Origin: a virus
Lineage: Duplodnaviria; Caudoviricetes
Strand: one strand, 5' to 3'
Length of the DNA: 64,000 nt
IMG/VR virus record: IMGVR_UViG_3300028886_000045
A model generated the notes under the pieces. That model did no database searches, was not told where the DNA came from, and saw only the letters and a list, made by a program, of their open reading frames with translations. Made by a program: the position numbers and the translations under genes. Positions 47,794 to 58,437 of the stretch are shown in pieces (position 1 is the first letter of the stretch; the number at the start of each line of letters is the position of its first letter).

Positions 47794-48171
47794 TCAATTC
47801 TTTTCTTTTGCCCACTCTTCAAAGGCATCACTATACGCATAGCGAATAAATAGCATATCACCGCTACCGTCACACCACCAATCATTACAGTGCGAAATAT
47901 AACGCCCTACTTTGTTGTGTTCACCCTTGCATAACTTCTTGTATATAGAACGAAACATGGTTGAAACCACGCGCCCCTTAAAGTGACCGCCTAACTTTGC
48001 GTCATTGGTGCAGTACCCCATCATCCCATCGGTTTCAATATTGCCGTTATCGTCAAGAAACTCCATATCACCGTCACCCCAACTACCGTAGTTGATAGTG
48101 TCTTTTAATAGTTGTTTCTCATCGTCTGTCAGAACTGAAACAATCTGCTTTACTATTTCCATTGCGTTCAT
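47794..48171 (-). CDS. Hypothetical early protein
   Basis: Start MNAMEIVK with ATGA overlap. Confidence 0.75.
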   Translation of the reverse strand: MNAMEIVKQIVSVLTDDEKQLLKDTINYGSWGDGDMEFLDDNGNIETDGMMGYCTNDAKLGGHFKGRVVSTMFRSIYKKLCKGEHNKVGRYISHCNDWWCDGSGDMLFIRYAYSDAFEEWAKEKN

Positions 48172-48548
48172 GCCTTTTCCTCCTTGTAATAACATTCTAC
48201 TTTCAGCCCATTACGCACCATGTATTTAAGCAATACCTTGCTTTCCTTGTAGAACAAATTAAGCCTAACCTTCTCAATCTTTTTGGCACTAAATATGTTC
48301 TCGAATGGTTTTTCACCATTACATTTAATGCTATACTTTAGGCTTCTTTCGTCATTAAAGTATGTCACCAACTGATGAACCCAAGGCAATTTTGGATTTT
48401 GGGGGTGTTCTTCTTTGTAAACATAGACGAACACCGCAAGGCAGTTTCCTTGTCTTATGTCAATCTTAAACTTACGAGGCTTTACCTCGTCACCCCTTTG
48501 CTGAACTATTGTAATAGTACCAAGTTTTGATGAATAATAATGTAGCAT
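48168..48548 (-). CDS. Hypothetical early protein
   Basis: 126-aa ORF. Confidence 0.75.
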   Translation of the reverse strand: MLHYYSSKLGTITIVQQRGDEVKPRKFKIDIRQGNCLAVFVYVYKEEHPQNPKLPWVHQLVTYFNDERSLKYSIKCNGEKPFENIFSAKKIEKVRLNLFYKESKVLLKYMVRNGLKVECYYKEEKA

Positions 48549-48626
48549 AGTCTTATCTCCTATTCTTTTGATTATGATTTATTTCTAACATTTGGCAGAA
48601 AAAGCGGTCATTACAACCGCCTTTTG

Positions 48627-49238
48627 CTATTCGCGCCAATCGTCATAAATCTCGATATAGCCTTCATTTACCACGACCTTACCATATTTCTTAATGAAAT
48701 TCATAAGGTCTTCAAGGCTGTTAATTCTAACATACCAATCGTACTCTTCGCCTTCTTTGCGATAAGCCTCCTCGCATGGTTTAGTATCTGACCATGCACT
48801 TGTTCTTGATACTTTGTACTCTATACCCATATTGCTATTATCTTTGTCTTGTGACTTGTTATCGCTTGGTAACTCGTCATAATACCAACCATCACGATGA
48901 TACACGTTGAACACTTGCTCATCAACAGAAACGTAACAATATCCATCTTCGTCACGTTGTGATTCTAAGTCTTTCAGACTGAAAACGCCCTCAGTCTTTA
49001 CACCCTTTGGGTCTATTCTGTCACCGAACAAACGCCAATCCCCATTGTCCAACTCTTCACCCTCATAGATGAACCACACATAAGAATCCAACGCAGTTCT
49101 AAGTTTGAGCAAAACGCGCTTTTCTTTCTGCCACTTCGTGCTTCCAATAGGTGAAAGGTGGAGTGCCATCTGTGAACGCATTGGGATTTCAAGGCTCTTC
49201 TTCATACCTCTGTGCTTGATTTCTTTCATACTCTTCAT
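48627..49238 (-). CDS. DUF2958-like domain fused to a second small phage domain
   Basis: WFIYEGE...GDWRLFG...EGVFSLKDLES; start refined to MKSMKE by the leader. Confidence 0.7.
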   Translation of the reverse strand: MKSMKEIKHRGMKKSLEIPMRSQMALHLSPIGSTKWQKEKRVLLKLRTALDSYVWFIYEGEELDNGDWRLFGDRIDPKGVKTEGVFSLKDLESQRDEDGYCYVSVDEQVFNVYHRDGWYYDELPSDNKSQDKDNSNMGIEYKVSRTSAWSDTKPCEEAYRKEGEEYDWYVRINSLEDLMNFIKKYGKVVVNEGYIEIYDDWRE

Positions 49239-49319
49239 ATGCTTGGTGGTCTTGTTATGCTCTTGACCGTGAGTAAAAAGGTGAAACAACTTGTAATTCT
49301 TAATTACAATGCAAAGGTA
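49239..49319 (-). promoter_or_regulatory. Conserved early leader copy 5 (pseudoknot 49248-49274)
   Basis: ACUC-AC-GGUC-AA-GAG-CAUAACAA-GACC, 9 nt before AUG. Confidence 0.8.
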
Positions 49320-49461
49320 CACATTTTTCTTGAAACTTCCAAATTTTTTACCAACTTTTTTCAAAAAAAATAAAAGAAATTGGTATTTTTGCCGTTTTTG
49401 TAATCCCTACATGGCAATTTTATACCAATTTCCTAAAATTTGTATTCAAAAAATCCGTTTT

Positions 49462-49869
49462 CTAAATTCTGTTGCGTGGGTTCGGTTCGTCAAACCCTAA
49501 TGTAATAGTAGCCGTATAATTCAAATCTTCGCTTATAGACGCGCTTTTTCCTGTATATATAAGGTGGAAAACTACGTTTGGCATACCATCCACCTCCAAG
49601 TTAAAACTATCGCCATACGCTAAATTTAGTAGGTTTTCTTTTCGCGTTTCATATTCAGCCTTTGTCTCACCAAACACGACAAACGGCAATGTAAGGGAAC
49701 GCGCCTTGCATCTTCTGAACAAAGGCAATGCCCTATTGCCATTTTCTAAACGCGATGTATTGGTTACATAGTCTTTCATTTCCAAAGGCTGTTTTAAGGT
49801 ATTCAGAAAACCCTCGCCCATCATCACGCCTACCAAGTAATTACCATTTACTTTTATCTGTTTCAACAT
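49462..49869 (-). CDS. Distal tail (Dit-like) protein, copy 2
   Basis: GVMMGEGFLN...N.SRLENG...RSLTL.F...EPNPRNR. Confidence 0.75.
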   Translation of the reverse strand: MLKQIKVNGNYLVGVMMGEGFLNTLKQPLEMKDYVTNTSRLENGNRALPLFRRCKARSLTLPFVVFGETKAEYETRKENLLNLAYGDSFNLEVDGMPNVVFHLIYTGKSASISEDLNYTATITLGFDEPNPRNRI

Positions 49870-49870
49870 A

Positions 49871-50275
49871 TTACCCCCTTTTTCTATATGGTTTCGGTTC
49901 GTTAAATCCCAATGTTAGCAAACACGACAATCCGTTATCTGCATAACTTACGTTTTTGCCCGTATATATCAGTTCATGCACCTCGCTTTCATCGTGGGAC
50001 GTACTTAATTCTATCTTATCGCTATCCACCAAGTCCAATAAATGCGCCTTATTGGTTTCAAAATCCGCTTTCGTATCGCCAAAGACTACAAATGTAAGGA
50101 CGAGGGAACGTGCCTTAAAGCGGTTCGGCATATCCACCAAGGTTTTCCCATTTTTTAGCCTTGATTCGTTGTATATACACTCTTTACGTTCAAGGGGTTG
50201 GTGGAGGGCGTTCAAGAAACCGTCCCCCATCATTACCCCATTAACGTATGCACCATTTATCTTTATCTGTGCCAT
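49871..50275 (-). CDS. Distal tail (Dit-like) protein, copy 1
   Basis: Directly after tape measure; paralog of 49462-49869. Confidence 0.75.
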   Translation of the reverse strand: MAQIKINGAYVNGVMMGDGFLNALHQPLERKECIYNESRLKNGKTLVDMPNRFKARSLVLTFVVFGDTKADFETNKAHLLDLVDSDKIELSTSHDESEVHELIYTGKNVSYADNGLSCLLTLGFNEPKPYRKRG

Positions 50276-50278
50276 ATC

Positions 50279-53200
50279 TTACAACTTCTCCATTTGCCTA
50301 CGCATTCTGTCCATTTCGTCAGCCATTCGCTTAATTGGCTCTACGACATCCCCCGTGTTCGTTTCAATGTTTTGCAGAACCAAGTAGGATTGTGCCAACA
50401 AGTTCCTTGTGTCCTCGGCAATAGACCTCTGCGTAACGATTTCAGATACCAAGCCTTGCAATGACGTGTTAAGTGATACGCTTTCAGAAAGTGACGCGCT
50501 ACTTTCAAAGCGGTTTCTTTCGCTTTCGGCTATCTTTGCAACCTCTTCCGCGTATCTGTCAAAGAACTCCGTCACCGTTTCGGTTTCGTTGTCCCTTTTA
50601 CGCGCTTCTGTGACTTCCGCGCTATGCTTTCCGACACTTACTTCTTCGTCTTTCTTTTCGGACTTCGTTGTGTTCGGTGTTGCATTCTGCCTTTCTGCGA
50701 TTTCTTGATTGTACGCTTTCAATACCACAGATAAGTCATTTACGCTTTCATACATCTTTTTGATGTAGTCGCTTATGGCATCAAGGGTGGGAACGACATT
50801 TGCGTTTTCTGTGTTATCCGTATCGTTATCCACTTCAACCTCAAATGTTGCACCCTTAGAAAGTGCCGTGTTAGCCTTTTCTGCCATCATTGACATAATT
50901 GTATCAACGCGCTCGGCTAATAGGGTAGAATTGCGTGCAATGACTTCGTTACTCGTCTGCAAAGCCGTAAACCTTCCATTCAGTTCATCGGCTGTGTCTT
51001 GTGACATACCCTCAAAACCCTTGGTCGTACCCTCTTGCTCAGAAACTTGCTTATATCCCGTCAAGTCTGCTATTTGGTCGCGCTTCTGCATAGCCTCTTG
51101 CACCATATCCTCATAGCGTTTTCTGAACTTTTCGACTTCTGCTTGTGACATTTTACCACCGCTATCCGTCAATTTCTTGGAATAGTCATCGTACCATTGT
51201 TGCAACTTATCCTTATACAAAGCACCTATTTCGTTAGATAGCAATGCCTTGGTAAACTTCTCCGTCAAATCGTCTGTGAAATCCGAAGCCGAAGCCTCCA
51301 TATCCATTAACGTATCAACGAAATTCCCATACATATCATCGAAAGACATTTGCGCTACTTGTTCACGCATAGCCTTATCGTTTTCCTTGATAGCCTCGTC
51401 ACATTCAATAATCTTTTCGAGGTATTCTTGGAAATCGCCATCCAACTTTGCCCAAAATAGGCTTTGGTCTTCTTTGATTTTCTGCAACTGCTCACCCGAC
51501 ATCATCGTCAAATCCCTAATATCGGAAATACCGATTTTGTTATAGTACTCCTTTAGGTCGCGATTCATACGATAACCATACGAGTGTGAGCCTATGCTTG
51601 CGCCCGCGCCCAACCTTTCTTGTGCCAAAGTTCTTGTAGCCTCAATCTCGTTGTTATAGATTCTTTCGATTTCCTTTCCAACTTCTTTGATTTCACTACC
51701 CCACGATTCACTTAGATACTCCTTTTTCTTGCTTATCAGTTCATCCCATATACTGATAAGTTCCTCATATTCGCCCTTTGCGTTTTCGTACCCCGAATCG
51801 TCTTTGCCCAAACCTATAAGGTCGGCTGCCGCCGTAGCCAACTGAATTGCTGCGCTTATGATTGCAAGAATGGCAGATGCCTTTTCAATCGTAGATATTG
51901 AGGTGTCTGTCACCGTAGATACGGCTGTCATGGCAGCACCAACAGAAGACACCATATTACCAATATCCTTAATATAACGCCCTGCGTCACCGCCAAATTC
52001 ATTCACTTGCTCACCCAAATCATTCATCGCAGAACCAAGGGAACTTAGGCTCTTTCCTACTTCTGCTCTTGATTTCTTGACCTTTGCATTCGCGGTTTTC
52101 TCCTTATTCAACGCATTCTTGTATCTGTTTTCTGACTTTGTTAGTTTGTCTTGTGCGTCAATAAGTTTATTGGTCGGTATGCCTTGCTTTGCGCGGTTCA
52201 AGTCCTCTTGCGCTTCTGTAACTGCAATTATCGCCTCCCTTTCGCGTGCCAAAGCGTCCTCAACCCTTTGTTGCGCTTCTGCTTGCTCCTCTGCCGTGCC
52301 ACTTTCCATAGCATTGGCATAGTCTTGCTCCGCTTGTTCCCTTACATTGGTGGCAATATCCTTTTCTTGCTCCCTACCTTTCAGTTCGCTTTCATAATAC
52401 GCCTTACTTTCCTCACCGCTAAGTCCGCTTAACCAATTTACTTGTTTCTGTGCGTCTGCAAATTCTTTGGCTGTGTCCTTTACTTCCACCTTTGCCTCTG
52501 CCATTTCCTTTACGCCCTCTTTCCAAGTCTTGAAAGGGTTACGGCTTGTAACCTCTTCGCTTATCTTATTCATAAGGTCTGCAATGGCTTGCAGTTGGTC
52601 GGGTGGTAGGTCTGTCAAAGCAGCCTTCGCGTTCTTTAGTTTAGAGTACAAGGTATCTAACCCTTCAGTAGTAACATACTGTGGGTCTTCCATAGCCGAC
52701 AAATAATTTGGGTCTTTCTTGATTTCTTCCAAACTATTGTTTGCTACAACTTCATCCTTTTCCTTTCTGTATCGCTTTTCTTCGCTGACCTTTTCCCACT
52801 CATTCGCGCCCTTGATACGCAAATCATTAACGCGCTTTATGTGTTCCAACTCAGTTGCTTGTAGTTGCTGTTGCTTATCGCCATATTGTTTCAGATATTC
52901 GATTTTCTTTGGTTCGAGATTATCTGACTTGTTATCAAGCGTTAAAGCAATCTTATCCTGTGCCTTTTCGGAAAGTTCATCACTTTTCTCAATGATACCT
53001 TTCTGCAAATTAGCATCCTTCAGTTGCACATCCAATTCAATCTTTTCGCTTGCAATCTGTTGCAACTCAGCCTTTAGGGTTTGCAATTCCTTGCTTAACC
53101 TTTCCTTTTCGCCTTTCTTGAAATCTGCCCCTTGCAGTTGGATTTCCACCTCTTGAATGCGCTTTTTCTTTTCCTTTTCCTTTTCATCGACTGCCTTTGA

Positions 53201-56200
53201 CCTATCCGTAATATCGGCAATCATCTCCTCATTCTTTTGGCGGTTGTTCCTATTCTGCTCCGCGATTTCGTCCAAAGCCTTTAGGTCTGCTTTCAGTTTC
53301 GCGATTTCTTGCGCACGCTTATCTTCGTCATCCTTGTAGGTTTCATAAACCTCCTTGAATGACTTAGCCTCTTCTGCAATCAGTTGTGCATTAAGTTGTG
53401 CGTTAAGCGCAATCTTCTTTTTCTTGTAGTTGAGGTAATCTTCGTAGTATTTGCCACCCTTTGCAAACTCGCCCGTTCCGCTTTCCAAAGCGTTCTTATC
53501 AAATTCTACTGCGCCCCTACCTTGAACCCCTGCGGACTTCACCTTGCCGTTTTTGTCCTTTTTCTCGTCCTTTGCCTTACGCTCCTTATGGTCGGGGTCT
53601 ATATTCCACAACTTCTCGATTTCGTCTTGCAATGCCTTGACTGCATCCTCATTCTTTGCCTTTAGGTCTGCAATCCTATCATTCACATTCTTGTTACGTT
53701 GCAAGCCGATTTTCTTCTCTGCCTCTTCGACTTCGTTCTCGGCTTTTAACATCGCGTCAATCTGACATTGTGCAATATCCTTTTCGATTTCCCTTAGTTT
53801 CTTCTTCCACCTTTCGGCTTGCGCTTCACGTTCCTTACGCATATCCCTTAACGCCTTTTCACGCGCCAACTTATCGTTTTCAGCCGTAGCCTTTGCGTCC
53901 TTTTCGGCATTCTTCTTTTCCTCTGTCGCGGTCTTTGCCTTTTCCTCTGCTTCTGACTTTCGCTTATCAACTTCTTGCTGTGCGTAATCAGCCGCCAACC
54001 CATATTGTTGTGCCTTTTGCAAGTGGTCTTTCCTTTGCGCGTCTGTCAAATTGCCGTTGTTCGCGCGTTCTGCATGGAATGAAGCATTTTTTCGTAGGGC
54101 ATTCACCGTACCTTGTGTTTCCTTTCCATTACCCACGTTAAACTTGGTTTTCATCCATTGTGGCAAATCTTCAACCTTGGTTGTAAGTTCAAGTTCAATC
54201 TTGTACTTCTTAGCGATATGTGCGAGTTCATCGTTAAGGTCTTTGACTGACATTTTGGAAAGACGCGCCCTTTCCGCAAATTGCTTTTGCGTTGAGGAAA
54301 GCCTTTCGGCTTCATAGTTAGCCTTTCTTTGCGCTTCTGCCGCACGCCAATTCGCCTCGCTAACGTCTTCCGTTACATCCTTAATCGTTGAAATAGTTCT
54401 AAAGTAATCCCTATATGCGGTTTGCATCGTTCTGATTTCGGATGCTGTGTACCCCATAGCCTTACCCAATCTTTCAACATCAGCATTAGCCTCGACTAAT
54501 TGGTGTGCTTGTTTCTTTAGTTGGGAAATTTCGTTTCCATTCTTAGCCTTGATGTCCTTTCTTTCACTTAGCGATTTGCCCGACAAATCGGGGTGTCTTA
54601 GTACCTCAATCCTATCCATGATTTTCTTGTAGTCTGCCAAAGACTTCTCATCAACCATGCCCGCGAGACTTGCACTAATAGCACCACCGCCTTGCAATTT
54701 TTCAAGGCTTTCCGCTAATTGGTTTTTCGCTTCTTCTACACTTTTATCCTCAACTTCGCCAATCTTTGTCTTGACATCAATTTCGCGCCTTATTTCCTTT
54801 TCTTGCTCCATTTTGGCAATAAGTTCATCACGCTTATTGTTAAGGGAGTCCAAAGTTTCCTTTTCGTTTTCCGCGCTTATGCCATACTCCTTCATCAATC
54901 GGTTAAGGTTATCGTATGCGTCCTTATACACCTTGGTATCGGGGGGCGCAGCATTCAAGGCGAAATAATCAGCCTTTACGGTTTGCTTTTCCTTGCTTGC
55001 ATTCTTTTCAAAATCGCTATTCACCTTTGCGATTTCCTTATTGTATTCCTTTGCAAGTTTCGTTGCCTCGTCCTCATAGGTGATAATCTTATAAAGTCCA
55101 TAGCCAACGGCGGCGATGGCTGCGGCAGCGAGCACATAAGGGTTAGCCAACATATCCAAACCTGTCATTGCCATAACAGCCTTGAATTTGCTCGCCTTTC
55201 CTATGTTCTTTCCCATTTCCACGCCAACTATACGCTCCGTTGTCAATCGTTGCTTTCCGTGCGCTTCTAACAATGCGTCCTCTGTCACTTGCTTTTCTTT
55301 CAAAAGGACTTGCTTTTGATTTTCAGCCGTGACAATCTTTTCTTGTATCAATATGGCTTTCGCCTCTGCCTTATCCAACCTTGCAATATTACGCTTTGAA
55401 GCATTCAAAGCAACTTGCTTTTCACATTCGGCTACTATTTGCGCTTGTGTGACTGCTTGTTTGCGTAATGTCAAAAGTTCTTCGTCTGCCTTTGCTATCT
55501 TCGCATCGCGCACCGCCAACTCTGCCATTTGGGACGCATCTGCCTTAGTAGCGTGCTTTCTGATTTCCAATACGGCTTGTTCCCTTTCGGCTTCTAACTG
55601 CGCCCTAATCAACATAAGTTGCTCCGCCGCCATCGTCTGTGCAGTAGCCTTCTGTGTATTCATTTCCACTTGAATACCTGCTTGTTTCTGCATTTCCAAT
55701 GTCATCCTTTCTGCAAGTGCCACCTCTTGCGCTTGCATACTATTATTGAATGCCACAGATACGCTATTATAGGCACTTTCACCCAAACGCAAAGCCTTAT
55801 ATGTGGCAATAACACCGATAAGTGCCTCCGCTCCGTGTATCACGCTTTCGATTTCTTCCCTTGACCAATCGCCCGCGCCCGCGACAAACTCCCTTAGTTT
55901 ACCAATGCCCTCGGTAACATTATCAATGAAATCCTTTGCAATTCCATCGCTTTCTTGGAACGTAAGTATAAAGCCTTCCCATGCAGATTGCAACATCTTT
56001 ATAGAACCCGCGAGGTTATTTGTCATATTTGCAGACATACCCCCCGTGGTGTCTTGGTTCATCTGTGCGCTTATCTTATCACGCAATTCAAGGATTTTTT
56101 GGCTTTCTTGTATAAGGGTAATGAACTGAGTACCACCGCGCGGCCCAATAAGTTTCATACCCTTACCCGTGTCCAAATTCTTCAACTTTTCCAAACCTGC

Positions 56201-57280
56201 CACAAATTCATCCAATGAATGCACGTTTTCCATGCCTTCAATCTTTCCTTGTGCCACCTTGGTAAAAATGTTCCTAAGTGATGTCATAGCCGTGGAAGCC
56301 TCCACACCCGAATCTTTCAACTTACCAAACAAAGCCAAGACATCCTCAATATTCAAGCCTATGGAATGAGCCATCGGTCCGAAAGTTGCGAGGTTATCGC
56401 GTATCATTCGGAAATCAAGTGCCGAAGACATAGTAGCCGAAGCCATAGCATTTGTGTACTTGATAGCCATTTCTTCATAGTCTTTTTCAGCCACGCCAAA
56501 CATTCTAAGCGCAGCACCCGTGGTTGATGCCGCCTCGTCCAACGATGCGCCCGTGGCTTGTGCAAAGTGCAACACAGGCTCTTCCATTGCGTGAATATCA
56601 GAAGCCGAAAAACCTAACTTTGACAAAGCAATCTGCAATTCGGTTACTTGTGAAGCCGTGAACACCGTTTTTCTACCTAACTCCTCGGCTGTGTCCTTAA
56701 ACCCTTGCATTTGTTCGTCTGTTGCGCCCAATATGGCTTTAAGTTGGGAATTTGCCGTTTGGAAAGACATAATTGTATTCTTTGCCTCGCCAATCAGTCC
56801 AACGGCTGAGTAAAGTCCACGCAAAGCAAGGTTGGCAGCGGTGTAGTTCGCTATGAAATTCTTCATACCGATAACAAAACGCCCCGTCGAATCAGCAGCA
56901 CCATCCATAGCCTTTGCAAACATATCCGCTTGACCGCGTGCGTTACGCATCCCTTGCGCCATCGTTATTCCCAAACTTGTTGCCCTTTGCACCGCATTCG
57001 AGTAACCATTCAAACCGCCCGTTGCTTGACGGAAATTTATGTTTAGTGTAGGTGCTTGTATCGCATTGCCTATACTTGCACCTGCTTGTGCTGCCGCTTG
57101 CACCAACGTATTCAGTTCCCCCTTTGCCTTTGCAAGTTGGTTTTGCCACATAGTGACATCAACTTGTGGGGTCAGAACCAAATTCACGTTTTTTAGTTTC
57201 TGCTCCAAACTATTGATTTCCTTGATAAGTGCCGTTAGTTTGGTGTAGTCCGTTTCTACTGTGAAATATAGATTTGCCAC
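50279..57280 (-). CDS. Tape measure protein (TP901-type core)
   Basis: 2333 aa, helical; LGRKTVFTASQV..LQ..LSKLGF, L.SAWEG; GTG start. Confidence 0.92.
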   Translation of the reverse strand: MANLYFTVETDYTKLTALIKEINSLEQKLKNVNLVLTPQVDVTMWQNQLAKAKGELNTLVQAAAQAGASIGNAIQAPTLNINFRQATGGLNGYSNAVQRATSLGITMAQGMRNARGQADMFAKAMDGAADSTGRFVIGMKNFIANYTAANLALRGLYSAVGLIGEAKNTIMSFQTANSQLKAILGATDEQMQGFKDTAEELGRKTVFTASQVTELQIALSKLGFSASDIHAMEEPVLHFAQATGASLDEAASTTGAALRMFGVAEKDYEEMAIKYTNAMASATMSSALDFRMIRDNLATFGPMAHSIGLNIEDVLALFGKLKDSGVEASTAMTSLRNIFTKVAQGKIEGMENVHSLDEFVAGLEKLKNLDTGKGMKLIGPRGGTQFITLIQESQKILELRDKISAQMNQDTTGGMSANMTNNLAGSIKMLQSAWEGFILTFQESDGIAKDFIDNVTEGIGKLREFVAGAGDWSREEIESVIHGAEALIGVIATYKALRLGESAYNSVSVAFNNSMQAQEVALAERMTLEMQKQAGIQVEMNTQKATAQTMAAEQLMLIRAQLEAEREQAVLEIRKHATKADASQMAELAVRDAKIAKADEELLTLRKQAVTQAQIVAECEKQVALNASKRNIARLDKAEAKAILIQEKIVTAENQKQVLLKEKQVTEDALLEAHGKQRLTTERIVGVEMGKNIGKASKFKAVMAMTGLDMLANPYVLAAAAIAAVGYGLYKIITYEDEATKLAKEYNKEIAKVNSDFEKNASKEKQTVKADYFALNAAPPDTKVYKDAYDNLNRLMKEYGISAENEKETLDSLNNKRDELIAKMEQEKEIRREIDVKTKIGEVEDKSVEEAKNQLAESLEKLQGGGAISASLAGMVDEKSLADYKKIMDRIEVLRHPDLSGKSLSERKDIKAKNGNEISQLKKQAHQLVEANADVERLGKAMGYTASEIRTMQTAYRDYFRTISTIKDVTEDVSEANWRAAEAQRKANYEAERLSSTQKQFAERARLSKMSVKDLNDELAHIAKKYKIELELTTKVEDLPQWMKTKFNVGNGKETQGTVNALRKNASFHAERANNGNLTDAQRKDHLQKAQQYGLAADYAQQEVDKRKSEAEEKAKTATEEKKNAEKDAKATAENDKLAREKALRDMRKEREAQAERWKKKLREIEKDIAQCQIDAMLKAENEVEEAEKKIGLQRNKNVNDRIADLKAKNEDAVKALQDEIEKLWNIDPDHKERKAKDEKKDKNGKVKSAGVQGRGAVEFDKNALESGTGEFAKGGKYYEDYLNYKKKKIALNAQLNAQLIAEEAKSFKEVYETYKDDEDKRAQEIAKLKADLKALDEIAEQNRNNRQKNEEMIADITDRSKAVDEKEKEKKKRIQEVEIQLQGADFKKGEKERLSKELQTLKAELQQIASEKIELDVQLKDANLQKGIIEKSDELSEKAQDKIALTLDNKSDNLEPKKIEYLKQYGDKQQQLQATELEHIKRVNDLRIKGANEWEKVSEEKRYRKEKDEVVANNSLEEIKKDPNYLSAMEDPQYVTTEGLDTLYSKLKNAKAALTDLPPDQLQAIADLMNKISEEVTSRNPFKTWKEGVKEMAEAKVEVKDTAKEFADAQKQVNWLSGLSGEESKAYYESELKGREQEKDIATNVREQAEQDYANAMESGTAEEQAEAQQRVEDALAREREAIIAVTEAQEDLNRAKQGIPTNKLIDAQDKLTKSENRYKNALNKEKTANAKVKKSRAEVGKSLSSLGSAMNDLGEQVNEFGGDAGRYIKDIGNMVSSVGAAMTAVSTVTDTSISTIEKASAILAIISAAIQLATAAADLIGLGKDDSGYENAKGEYEELISIWDELISKKKEYLSESWGSEIKEVGKEIERIYNNEIEATRTLAQERLGAGASIGSHSYGYRMNRDLKEYYNKIGISDIRDLTMMSGEQLQKIKEDQSLFWAKLDGDFQEYLEKIIECDEAIKENDKAMREQVAQMSFDDMYGNFVDTLMDMEASASDFTDDLTEKFTKALLSNEIGALYKDKLQQWYDDYSKKLTDSGGKMSQAEVEKFRKRYEDMVQEAMQKRDQIADLTGYKQVSEQEGTTKGFEGMSQDTADELNGRFTALQTSNEVIARNSTLLAERVDTIMSMMAEKANTALSKGATFEVEVDNDTDNTENANVVPTLDAISDYIKKMYESVNDLSVVLKAYNQEIAERQNATPNTTKSEKKDEEVSVGKHSAEVTEARKRDNETETVTEFFDRYAEEVAKIAESERNRFESSASLSESVSLNTSLQGLVSEIVTQRSIAEDTRNLLAQSYLVLQNIETNTGDVVEPIKRMADEMDRMRRQMEKL

Positions 57281-57530
57281 GTTTCTTGAATTTTAATGAA
57301 ATACAAATTTTGACACAAAGATAATCTTTATATTTGGTACAACACACACTTGCAATTTGTTATTCTTCACTTATTCGCTAATGAAAACTAACACGCTTTG
57401 TTTGTTCGCTATATTCCTAAAATGTGACACTTTCAGAAAAATAATACCAACTTTTACACACGTTTTAATAACTTTCGTATCATTTTCGTTTGTATAAATT
57501 CAAAAAATAACCTAATTTCTACCTTTTGGC

Positions 57531-57561
57531 TTTGTTGTTTGTGTTTTTTTCCGTAACTTTG
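57531..57561 (+). promoter_or_regulatory. Plus-strand promoter with no downstream ORF
   Basis: TTTG-19 nt-TAACTTTG. Confidence 0.55.
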
Positions 57562-57566
57562 CAGAA

Positions 57567-57655
57567 TCTTAATTACTCCTCCACTACCCTTTGGTGTGGG
57601 GGAACTTAAAAGGTTTGGAGACGCACCGTCCGTGAGGGATAGTGCGTTTCTTTTG
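57567..57655 (+). ncRNA. Candidate ~90-nt small RNA
   Basis: Promoter, GC-rich hairpin, GUGA-loop terminator with U-tract, no AUG. Confidence 0.45.
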
Positions 57656-57721
57656 TCTATACACAGAAAATGCGCCACCCCCTAAAGGATGACGCACCAA
57701 CTATATAAAACAACCAATTAA

Positions 57722-57916
57722 CTAAAGTTCGCCATAACAAGAAAACTCTTCTTTGTGGTACATACTACGGCTATAACTATGAAAGGTTTCACGAGCCTTT
57801 TCCGACTTCGCCTCGTTCTCCCATTGTGCCACAATATCCCATTGGCGATTATCCATTTTTGGCACAATATTCAAACGCTCTTCGTCTGTCTTGTACTTAC
57901 TTGCATCTATCATCAT
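57722..57916 (-). CDS. Hypothetical protein
   Basis: 64-aa ORF in early island. Confidence 0.65.
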   Translation of the reverse strand: MMIDASKYKTDEERLNIVPKMDNRQWDIVAQWENEAKSEKARETFHSYSRSMYHKEEFSCYGEL

Positions 57917-57936
57917 ATTGCTTTGGTCTTAAAAGG

Positions 57937-58437
57937 TTAATCAATAAAGAAACCGATTACGGTGGTGATACCATCCTTATCTGTTGATTTTGACGAATAA
58001 AGTTCGTCATAATCACAGAAAGCACCATCAGCCTCCGAAATGACAAAATGGCAATCGTCTTCCAACTTTTCGATTTCTTCAAGTGTTTCTTGCAAATCCT
58101 TGATTTTGCTTATGGTTTCTTCCATTTCGCAACTATTGGTAACTGCCTTCAAGTTGTCACACATAGGCATTAGGCATTCTTTCAAGAATTTGCCGTTATC
58201 ACCTTTGTACCAACCCCTACGACCCTCAGCCATATTCTCGTCCTTACGAAAATACTTATCCACATCACAAAGGTATGTACCCACGTTGTCATCTACCAAC
58301 AGAAAGCAACACGGCTTAAAACCGCTATTCTTCAAGTCTTCAAGACTATCACATAAAGCCTCCAAACCTATAATGGCTTTGCGGTTATCAACCTTGATTT
58401 GTGGGTAGCCTCTGAAATCATCAATGTCGTACTTCAT
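57937..58437 (-). CDS. Acidic hypothetical protein
   Basis: 166-aa ORF. Confidence 0.75.
   Translation of the reverse strand: MKYDIDDFRGYPQIKVDNRKAIIGLEALCDSLEDLKNSGFKPCCFLLVDDNVGTYLCDVDKYFRKDENMAEGRRGWYKGDNGKFLKECLMPMCDNLKAVTNSCEMEETISKIKDLQETLEEIEKLEDDCHFVISEADGAFCDYDELYSSKSTDKDGITTVIGFFID

Noticed and set aside
57454-57678. 74-aa minus-strand ORF
   Set aside because: Starts inside a terminator hairpin and overlaps the plus-strand promoter/sRNA unit; no coding support
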